From a virus (lineage: Duplodnaviria > Caudoviricetes), in the IMG/VR virus record IMGVR_UViG_3300020365_000010, positions 12,167-76,166 of that record: a DNA stretch of 64,000 nucleotides. One strand, 5' to 3'. The position numbers and the translations under genes are program-made. The notes under the pieces are model-generated. The model searched no databases. It saw nothing but the letters and a program-made list of their open reading frames with translations, and was not told where the DNA came from. The stretch's first letter is position 1, and the number at the start of each line of letters is the position of its first letter. This document shows positions 19,601 through 31,600 of the stretch, in pieces.

Positions 19601-22600
19601 CGTGATTATGTTACTTCTATCCGTCTTGACCAAGAGAAGCAGATCTATCTTGCTGGTTATACCGATTCTAACTCACCTGATCCTTATGATATGTGGGTTA
19701 TCCAGTGTAACCCCGAAGGTGACCTCGTAGAGAAGCGTAAGATTGCTTCTGAGGATGGATCTGAGAAGATTAGTCAGATTGAGTGGATTTCTAACGATCG
19801 TTTCCTGTTTATCGGTGAAAACGAAGAAAACAACGACTGCATCTTCGGTGTATTCTTCTACGATGGTGCAAACATCGAGATTGACTACATTCGCCAGATC
19901 CCTGTGGTTGGTGGATACGTCAGAGACCCAGAAATGGCATTTGACGAGTATGGTGATGCTGTTATTGTCTGGAATGTTTACAATAACGCTGCTGCTAAGT
20001 ATGACAAGATCCAAGTCAGCAAATTCCCTTATGCAAGTGCAAATACTGGTTGGGAATGGACTAAGACTCTGACTGTCAGTGGCGATTTCCGCTCAATCAA
20101 GCACGCTGGTGTTTCTGTTGATGTATTTGGCAATTATACTGTTGTTGCCGACGTTGATGCTTCTGAAAACGAAAGATATGCTCTGATTGAGTATATGAAG
20201 TATGACGGCACCATCATTACCGAAACTAAGGTTGCTGATCCTGGAAATATCGGTTTCCAAGCGAAAAGACACGTTGTTGACAACTCTGGTGACTGCATTA
20301 TTGGTGCAGACCGTCGTCAGAGCGATCAACTTGCTGCATTCCGCTTTAATGACCCCAATAATAGTCTTGACTTCACTAAGCAAGACACTGCAACTATTGT
20401 TTACTCAGATCCTGGAAATACTTCTAACGATACCTCGATTTATCGTTTTGGTAGCGGATCTCTGAAACTTCAGGCACCTGCACCTGTTGCTTACACTGGT
20501 TTCAACCAAGAAACTCAAGAATGGAGTTTCAGAGCATGGTTTGCAATGAATAGCACTGCACATGGCACAAACCATGAGCCTGTCCTGTTTGATATCAATC
20601 CTACCGCTGGTAACCCCATCAGAGTGTCGATTGATGGTGATACAACGTCTCCTAACTATGAGCGTGTCATTCTTTATGTAAATAACGTCCAAGCAGCAAC
20701 TTCTACCACTGTTGCTAACTGGACAGCGTTTGCTGGCACCTCTTGGGTCCATGTGACTTTCCAAAAGCGTGAAGAGTCCTTGGGTCTGTATCGTTATGAA
20801 GTATTCTTGAATGGAGTCCAACAGATCTCCTATCAGTCTACAGATGACATCTATTTTGATGATCTGTCACTTGCAGGTCCTCAAACTGCTCCTGGTGCTT
20901 CAAACTGCTTCATTGGTAACATTGATGATCTGGTTATTGATGATTTTGCTCCATATGAAGGTGGATCTTATACAGTCCCAACTTCCGAGATTGCAATCAC
21001 CACTTCCTTCTCAGATGTAACTCTTGTTAAGTTTGACAGACTTCATACTAATGAAGGTAACACATATACACTGACAAACGTCAGAAATCATGGATCTATT
21101 GCATTTACTGATGCAGAGACCCTTACAGTGTGGTATACACTCAATATGCCCGCTCTGAGTGCCTGGGAGGTCGGTCCTGGCGGTTTGCAGATCCTCGACA
21201 TGTCTCAGACCTTCTCTACGCTGAATCCTGGCACTTATACCTTCAGCAGCCAAAGAGACTCTTATGCATCTAAGACATCTACAATTCCTTCACCTCTCGG
21301 CAAGAAATTCCTGATTGAAGCGGATGTTGTCAATAAATTCTACATGCGTGATGCATTGTATCAGAAGATTGACAATGTGCTTGACTTTACTTTCAATCAA
21401 GACGTAAAACTCACCAAAGGGTCGATTCTACAACAATTCAACGAGGCTGGTGTAACCCAGGCATATGGCACGATTGTAAACGTCCCCGCAGGCACTTTGG
21501 AGAATCCTGGTGTCGGCACTACTTATGAAGTCGGTAAAATCTTCGGCACCTTCAATAATACTGATAGATTCCGCACAACTGCTGGAGATGTCAATGAAAT
21601 TGCTGGTGAATACTTCGATAGCGAAGAACCTGAGTCACCTTGGCAAGCAGCAACAGCATACGTTGCACAAGACCGAGTTTACTATCAGAAGCGTATTTAT
21701 GAAGCACAGGGGTCAGGCACCTCTGGCACAATCCCTCCAACCCACGGTGCTGGTGTTGTAAGCGATGGTGTTATCAACTGGGCATTTATTGACGATGCAG
21801 GTAAGTTTGATGTTGATCTGACTCAACATCCCTATCCTCGTCCTCAATACATCGGTAATGACATGCCCGAGTGGCTGCCTCATCGTTTGTATGCTGTTGG
21901 ACAGAAAGTTTGGTATCGTCTCAACGTTTATGAGGTAGCACCTAGCGGTGGTGGTGTTACTACGACCACACCTCCTACTCATACCACTGGTGACGTTTCT
22001 GACGGCACTGTGACCTGGAGATTCGTAGAAACCAGAGAAGCGATCAGTCAATACGCTCGTTTCATGGAATATGACCTGGGCAATCACTATCAGGTCAGAA
22101 TCGAAGAAATTCACCCTGGATCTCAGTATATTGTCGGTGACGTTGTTTCTCTTAGAGAAAACAATATTGAGTTGGCAGAAGATGAAAAGAGTGTCAAGAT
22201 CGTAGGATTTGCTTCAGTTAAGAAGATTCGCGTCACTGCTCAACTTGAGAAAGACATTATTCGCACTGCATCTGCTCGCACCGAGTTTGTGTATTGCACA
22301 TCGAATTCACCTCACTTCTACAATGTGGGTGACATTATCTACACTGAAGGTTTCCAAGGCACACAATTCAACGGATCTTTCTTCATTGATCAAGTCCTTG
22401 GCACCAGAGAGTTTACATTTGCTATTCGTGACCTTGCAAGTGCTAATCCAACCTTCAATCAAAATGCTATTGCAAGTGTCAACATCTATGCTAAGCATCC
22501 CACTCTGGTATTCACTAGAGATCACCAATACATCTTTGACCTGAGTGACACTTCTAACTTCGGTTATTATCTGTCATTCTCTCAGGATAACCAGTATAAA

Positions 22601-25600
22601 CTGGAATACTCCTTTAATAACATTGTTAGAGAAGGCACTCCTGGTATCAACGCAACAGGGTCAAATGCTCCCTTTGTGAAATTCTCAGTGTTGGGTGATG
22701 TGACAAACATCTCCTACTACTTCGATCCTTCACGCACAGGTGATGATTCTCCTGTGGGCAGCAACTCCTTCATTGATGTCATCAAGACACCTTATGATGG
22801 TAGATTTACCGTCAGTGAAGTTGTTACTGACTTCCAATTCAAATTCCCCCTGCTCAAAGAGCCTGAGAAGAATTCTGCTGAGGTAATTACTGACGAGTTT
22901 GATAAACCATACTCTTTCTATTCAACGACTTCTACCAGAGCAATTGGTCCTATCAACACCATCAAACTGGTGTCTCCTGGTGGTTTCTATCAGAAACTGC
23001 CTATCATTAACGATATTGCATCTTTCCGTCAAATTGAGAAGATCATCATCAATGATGGTGGCACGGAATATGCACCTGGCATCTACTATGACGTGGCTAT
23101 CGATGGTGATGGTGAAGGTGCAAAAGCAACCGTTACTGTTGAGTTGGACGACGAAGTTGGATCTGGCACCATTAGCAACATTAGTGTTGCTGACCCTGGT
23201 AAAGGATATACCACTGCAACTATCGACATTGATGCTATTCCTGGCATCCTCGGTGCAACTCTTGCTGGATCTGGTGCATCAGCATCAGTCATCATTCCTG
23301 CAGAAGGCACTGGTGCATCAGTCTTCCTGACTGGTAGAAATATCGGTAAGATCAAGAGACTGAAGAATAATGAATTTGGTTTCGGTTACTCTCATGACTA
23401 CACTCTGAGACCTGAAATCACATTCCCAGTCAACCTGCAACTCTTCAATACTTCTATCCTGTCTGAGATCAAGATCACAGATCCTGGTAGTGGTTATACC
23501 TCAACTCCTGCTGTCGTCATCGAAGGTGGTGGTGGCACAGGTGCTGAGGCAGTAGCAGTTGTCAAAAACAACCGTCTGAGTGAAATTCAGATCAAGAATC
23601 CTGGTGCTGGTTACTCATCCGAGCCTACAGTCACCCTGAAGTCTGAGTTTAACTACGTTGTCAACCTTGACCTCAACTATCTGCAGTTTAACTTCCCTCA
23701 TGGCATCACCACTGGTGCTGCTATCCAATTCCGCTCTGACGATGTTGGTAGCACTGTGGGTGAGTTGCCTAAGCCCAGTAGCGCAGGTTTGACCACCTTG
23801 GTTGAAGGTCAGATCTACTATGCAATTGCTGGTAATGAAAGTGGTCTGGAAAATGACCAGATTAGATTTGGTCTGACACCTCAGTCTGCTGCAGCAGGTG
23901 ATTACATCACCTTCTTGACTCAGGGTAGTGGTCGTCAGGTGCTTCTGACCGAAGTCTTTGGTGGTAAAGCAGAAGCAATCGTTGAGACCTCTCGCTTCCT
24001 GGAAGGTGAGACGGTATTCCAAGGTCCTAACGTTGAGCAAGCAACTGCAACTGGCACAGTTTCAACTAACACTGGTTGGCAGATTGGTCCTAAGATTCTT
24101 AAGATCGTTGACTATGATGGCGACTGGTTGGCAGGTGAAAAAGTCACAGGCACCATCTCTAAGGCATCTGGTCTGATTGATAACCTGAGCATTGCTCGTG
24201 GTGTGCTGAATATCGGATCTTTGACCAAGACTCCTGGTAGATTTATCGATGACGTTGGTAAGCCTTCTGAGATTGTCCAGAAGATTCAAGACTCCTTCTT
24301 CTATCAAAACTTCTCTTACGTCATTAAGTCTGAGACTCCTATCTCTAACTGGAAAACTCAGGTCCTGGAGAATAACCACGCTGCTGGTTTCGCACTCTTC
24401 GGTCAACTGCAACTGACTGGTGGTAAGGACGTGTCTGGTCGTAAGATCGGCACCGAATTCACCAAGCAGGTGAATATCAACAACTACAGTAACGTCAACC
24501 AGATCACCTCTTTCGGTGCAGCACAACCTATCTACACCGACTTCAATAATACTGAGGTGCTCTTCCGTAAGAAGCGTCTTACCTCTTCTGAGGAAATTCT
24601 GACTTCTATCGTTAAGAAACTGGATAACGTTTCTGACAGATTCAACGGTATCGACAAGCAATTCCCCATCACAGTTGAGGGTGAGCAAGTTATCGTTAAC
24701 CAGAATCAGTTGATGATCACCATCAACGGTGTGATTCAGGCACCTGGCGATTCCTATCAGGTGGTTGGTGGTAACCTCGTATTCTCTGAGGCACCCAGAC
24801 CTGCATCTAAGGTCAACTACAGAATTATCGAAGTTACACCTACTCCAATTTACAGAATCAATCTGTATTCTGGTCAGGCAGGTATTCCTAACTACGGTAT
24901 CTTCCCCACCCTGGGTCAGCAGATCCAAGGCGAAAACTCTGATGCATTTGCAACTGTTATTGACTCTGGCACCAACCACTTGGATGTTATTAACATCACT
25001 GGCGGTCCTTTCGAGTTGAATGAAGAGATTGTCCGTGGCACTCTCTTCTCTGCACTGGTCCAATCCGTTGATCTGCTCAATACTGACACCATCTTCCAAT
25101 TCGGTGAGTCGATTACAAACCTGGAAGGTGACACTGCGATCATCGAAGAGACTAACCTTGTTGATGGTGTTATCAGCGATCGTCTGGTTGTTAGTAAGAC
25201 TTCTGGCACCGCCAAGTATGAAACTGGTATCTTTGACCTGAAACTGAATGAGTTTATCTATTCTGCTAAGTCTAAGATTGCTGGTCAGATTACATTCATC
25301 TCACCTTATGTTGATCCTGTAACTTCCGATATCGTTACTGAGTTGGAGATCAACCCTGGATCCACATTCTACGGTCTGCTGTTTGAGCGTCTGGTTAGCA
25401 TTACTAATCCTAACGTTATTCTGGATGATATCTCTAAGTCTTCTATCACTCCTACTGAGTTGTATAACGATGAAGAGCGTATCAATGCTGACTTCCTCGA
25501 TTTTGAAGAAGTCAGAAGCACTGAAGTTACTTACACTGATCTGACTGGTGGCACTATTGCTGAAGGCGATGTCATCAAGAATAGAAGAGTTTTCTATGGC

Positions 25601-28600
25601 AACCCAACCTCTGCATATCATGGCACTGCAGGCAATAGATTCTATGATGCTGCAACTCGTATCAGAGAGAATAAGCAGCAACTGATTGATTGGGGCGATG
25701 CTGAGATCGTCGTTGAGCATCCTGACTTCTACTATCCTGGAGACATCCAGACAAATGAGTGGAGTAGATTTGCTGATGCACATCGCTTCATCCAGAAGAA
25801 TAGACAATACATCGCTGCTAAGGCATACGATGATATGAAGGCACAATTCCCTTCATTCACCGATCCCAATCCCGCTAAGTGTAAGCGTGACATGGAGATC
25901 TTCATGGAGTCTCTGGGTGCTGACATCTATCGCGGTGGTAACGTCTACATCCGCAAATTTACCCAACAGTATTTCGATAGTACTGGTGCTCTAGTTTATG
26001 TGGATGGCGAGACACTTGAAACTCGTTTTGCATATGAGAAAGTCAAGGATTATGTCCTGCTTGCTATCACCAATAACCTGAGTGGTCAGTATACTGCTCT
26101 CCATGGTCCTGACGCTGGCACTGTATATGATGCATATCAAGATCTGACCATCACTGCTGACCAATCACCTAACGATGACTACGGCACTGCTGGTAGCAAC
26201 ACCGACAACACCGATCCTGACGGTTGCTCTGATGTCCAAGATGCTCTGACAACTCTGTGGGAGATTGTTGATGAGGCACTGACAAATGGCACTCTGTCTG
26301 AGTTGCCCGATGAGCAAGTTGGCACTTACTCTCCTGGTCAGGTCAAGTGTCGTCGTGACGCTGGTCTGTTTGTCGATGCTCTGGCAAATGACGTTGCACA
26401 AGGTGGCAACTTCAACATTGTAGAATTCACCAAGTCATACTTTGATGGTGCTGGTGTCCCTCTGACGAATGGTCTGGTTGGCGAGACTGCTGAGTCAATC
26501 ACTGTCTTCAATAAGATCCGTGACCTGGCATACAGAGCAATCAACAACCTGCTGTATGACAAGGATCTTGAGATTCTCTACGATCCTCTGACCTATGGTG
26601 GCACTGCTCCTGGTCAACTGTATGATGCAAACTATGCAAATGGTAACAACCAGGATATCAACAACTGTGCTGATGTCCGTGCTTACATTGCAACCCTGAC
26701 AGATATTGCTACTGTTGCAATTGCTGCTGGTAACCTCAATAACGTCAACGCTCTGGCATCTGTCAGCGACGGCACATATGTTGACGGTGAGACAATCCGC
26801 ACAGCGAAGATTGCATATGACGATAAGTCTTCTGGTCTGTTTGTCCTCGGTCAGCAAATCCGAGGCGTTACCTCAGGTGCAGTCTTTGAAGCCGTTGGCG
26901 TCAACTCTGGTCTGAAGTGGATCTTTGCTGGTCCTATCACAGGCACTCTGCAAGAAGGTGAGTTGCTTACCAACTCAACTCTGGCAAATCAGGGTAACGT
27001 TGTCCAAACCAAGGTCAACAAGTATTTCAGACTCGATGGGCAAAAGGCACTTTCCTTCCCACAAGCAGGTTATCTGGTTGCTGCAGATTCTTACGATTAT
27101 GCATTCGGCACTGCAGATGACTTCACTATCGAAGGTTGGTGGGCAGCTGCAGGAGTAACTGGCACACAAACTCTGGTTGACTTGCGTCGTAACGATGTAA
27201 ACGTTGGTCTGCGCCTGGTAATGGATGGCAGCACCCTCAGAGTTTACAACGGCACTACTCAGTTGATCTCTGGTGGCACTATCACTGCAACTCTCTGGCA
27301 GCATATTGCTCTGGTGAGAAACAACAATGTCCTCCAGTTGTATGTGGATGGCACTCAGGTTGGCAGCAACTATGTTGATACCAATGACTACCTGTATACC
27401 AAGGTAACTATCGGTGCTGACTTCAACGCAGCAACTGGATACACTGGTTTCCTTGATAACTTCTTTATCAACAACAAGCAAGGTCTGTATACTCAGTCCT
27501 TCATCCCTGCCACACAGGTTGATTACACTAATGACAACATTGTCTTGGGTCTTAATGGTGAGGGCGACTTCATCTGCTCCACGACTGAGACATTTGCAAC
27601 CTTCACTGGATCTCGCACCTCGTCGGCAACTGCTAAGGTCATTGACTACGAAACTAAGTCTCTGATCATCAAGGATGTTGATCTGGGTAGAGCAGAGCAA
27701 AGAAGATGTGCAGACATCATTGAATTGAATGATGCATGGATTGCTGAAGAGGCAGTCGGAATGATGAAGGCACAATTCCCCGACTTCATCATGCCTGGTG
27801 ATGATCCTGCTAACAACTCTTACGGTGGCACAAACTACTGTCTGCGTGATACCAAGGATTACATCATTGGTGCATTGATTAAGGACCTCAGAGAAGGTGG
27901 TAACTATCACACTCTGTATACCGCTCGCACATACCTGGAAGCATCAGGAAAACTGAAGCACGTTGGTAATGAGATTCTGCAGACCCTTTACACATGGGAT
28001 GTGGTTGGTGACATCATCAACACTGTAATTACAACCACAAGTCTGGATCTGACAGGAGCTTACAGTGAGAAACTGAGAATTCCTAACAACTTCTCCTCAC
28101 CTGCGTCACAATCAGTCCAAGATGAAATTCGTGCTCTGATTGATGATCTCCTGCAAGTCCTTGCACCAACCCGTAATGGATTCAAGGATTCTGGTGTCCT
28201 CATCTGGAAAAACCGCGATTACATCGCAGAAGAAGTTGTTGGTTACCTCAATGACAAGTATACCAAGGACATTGATGGCACAGAGACCAACTTCCTCATC
28301 ATGCCTGGTGCAGGTAGCTCTGGATGTATTGATGACATCAAGAATTATATTCTCCCTGGTATTATCGGTGACCTTGTTACAGGGGGCACTTACAACACCA
28401 AGGCAGTAATCGACAACTATCTTGACTCTCAGGATAATATCCTGCACGTTGAGCATGAGTTGAATCCCATGCTGGACGCCTTTGCATACGCTAAATTCCT
28501 GTGCTTGAAAGCAGCAAACAACATGCTGGTTTCTCCTAATACCACAGTTGCTGAATTGGGTGTGCCCGCTTGGGTCCAAAATGGCGATTACTACGAGCCT

Positions 28601-31600
28601 CTCTATACCACCAGATCAGCATATCGCGATGACACTATCACTATTGACACTCAAGGATGGCCTCAAACTGGAGTTGCTAACTGGAGTAACTACTATGATG
28701 CATGGAGACTGATCAAGGGTAATCAGAAGTTGATTGCTAAGGAAGCAGTGGCAATCATGAATGATCTGTCCAAGTATCAGACATTCGAGATCCCTGGTGG
28801 TGCTGTCAACTGTGAAGATGACATTGAGGACATGATTGATGCCGTCCTGCACGATTTGCTCCATAATTGCAACAAAGAAATTTGGGAAGCAGCGGAGCTC
28901 TACATCGAGCCTGAGGACAATTCACTCAAGCATATTGAAAGTGAGTGGGAAGCATCTGTAACCACTTACAAGATTGTTAGAGACCTTTGCACTCTGGCAA
29001 TGCGTAATGCACTTGGTAGAGATTACATCGAAGGAAATGGTCCTGGATCGACTTCTGTCCAATCCTACGAGCAGAATCCATTCGAGATCATGTATCGCGA
29101 TACCGCAGATGCTATCGACGCTAACATTCGTCTGATTGCTGAAAACGCTGTCTACGACGGTATGCAGCAATATCCTTCATTGAATATCAACGGTGGTATT
29201 CGTGGCGGTCAGGAATTTGATGTTGTAACTGCAACTTACGACCCTGCAAACGGCGTTTCGGTCATCAACCTTGGTGCTGGTCATGGACTGGTTACTGGAA
29301 ACAGAATCACAATCCAACCCGAGTCTATCGGTTTCACCTGCACTCTGGATCAAAACAGTGCTACCAAATACTATCCCCGTAAGGGCGATGGCAACTATAA
29401 CGCATCTATTGCAATTACTGCACATACCTCAGATACAATCACGGTAAACGTGGGTGCATCTGGTGTTGATGGTCAGTATGCTCACACCTTCGTCACCGCT
29501 AAGAAAGGTGCTGTGGTCTCCAATGGTTACATCGATTGTGTCCATGACACAACTGATATCCTGAAGTCACTGGTCTTCAACTTGAAGTATGGTGGCGAAA
29601 ACTGGATGCAGTATGCTGCTGAATTCTATGTCAACACTGCAAATACTATTCAGCACCTGAGTGGTGTTACAACAGAGTCTATCTGGATTCTGGAGAGAGC
29701 ACGCGACCTGGCGAAGCGTGCAATGAGAGATCAACTGATCACTAACAATGCTGGATGGAGTGCAGGACAGCGTTACTACGACGCTACGCCTCAACCCACC
29801 AACCAATTGAGAAATGTTGATCCTGTCAGTGGCGTTGATATTACTACGTTTAACAACATCTCTACTAGAGATTGGGCATTCCGCACAGTTAGCATCAGCA
29901 CCAACCCTGCAGTTGGTGTGACGCCTACTGAAGATGCTGTATTTGAATTTGATGCCGTCCTGCCTAGCAGCGGTCTGACAGACTTTACTTTCCTGTCATT
30001 TGGTAATAACTCTTCCCAGGGTCTGTATCTTGGATTCCGTGACAACCAAACTTATCTGAGACTGCGTGCTGGTAACTCCGACACTACTGTTGCAGGTGGT
30101 GCTTCACATAGCGATACTGGTCTGGCATTGGTTGACGTGCCTGTTGCTGACCTGATTGCTGATGGTTACTTCGATGATAATCGTCACCAGATTACTATTG
30201 AGATCCGTGTTGGTGGTAACCAGATCCTTGGCGCTGGTCGTGTGAGAATCTGGATTGATGGTAATCAAATTGGAGAAGGTCAGACCCCTGGTAATACTTC
30301 TACGGGTCTTGGTGAAGCAGCAGGTATCTGGTGTGCAGATAACAACAATGGCACTTACGGTGGTGGTTATGCTGCTGCTTCTGTGCCCGCTGGTGAGAAT
30401 AACACAACTGCACCTCTCTCACCCTATGCTCCTAGTGATCTGATCTACTACAGAAATCGTCAGGTTGATCCTGGTTTCACTGGCACTGAGACTTCAGAAA
30501 TCGAAGCAAGAATCGATACTCTGATGCAGGTTGTTACTAATGCAATCTCCAATCCTGGTAACGTTGCAAACAATTCCTACAGTCTGCCTTATATCTGGCC
30601 TATCAAGTATACGCCCGAGAAGGCATATAGAGATCTGACAGTCGGATATGACTTCGCTAATGGTGGTCAAGATCAAGATGGTTTCTGGAATCAGACATGC
30701 CCCAATGTCGCATCCGCTATTGATACACTGTTTGACATTGTTATCAATACCATCACAGAAGCTGCTGTCAATAGCAACAACTACTTGACTGGTGTGCCTA
30801 AGACTCTGCCCCCAACTAACAATACAGAATATCAAGCAGGCACTTGCCATAACGAGCAATCTGCTATCGACACTCTGTTTGATATCATGATTGATACTCT
30901 TGGTGGTGGCACTAATAATGAGAAGCATGTTGCAAATATGCTGCTCTTCAACCACCAGGCAATTGCACAAAGAGTAATTGATCAAACTACTGCAAACTAT
31001 GCATCCACAAACGTAGATATCTCCTTCGCGGATGCTGTCTTGCGTGCGGTTAGATATGACATGGTTACTGGCGGTAATGCTGGATCATTCCGTCTCGCTC
31101 AGACATGGTTTGATGGTGAAGGTAACTTCATCGCCTTCCAAGATACAACTAGATCTCACCTGATCTATGCTCTGACACGTTGTCGTGAGTATATCAAGAG
31201 TGCTCTGTATCTCCTGGATGAAGATCCAGGTTGGGCAGGATATCCCACCTTCGCAGGTGATGATGGACAACGCTTTGAGTGGTTCCAGGAAGCAGCAGAG
31301 TTTATTATTGACTCCTCCCTCAACCCTCTGGAATATGCTCTCGAATTGAGCAAATTCCCAACTGAAGCAAGCGTGACCTTCGTGGCATCTACGGATGCAC
31401 AAAACATGAAGACCTCGCACGAAATGGGTATTGATTACAATACTGATCCTGCTCTGGTCTTGCTGACACCTGTTGTGGAAGTGGGTTATGAGCGTGCTGA
31501 GTATCGCATCAGAATCAACCGTCCAAACCAATTCCGTCGTGGTGATGTCCTGCAGTATATCCCTGCATCCCAGACCTCCCTGGAAGGACTTTCTGGTCAA

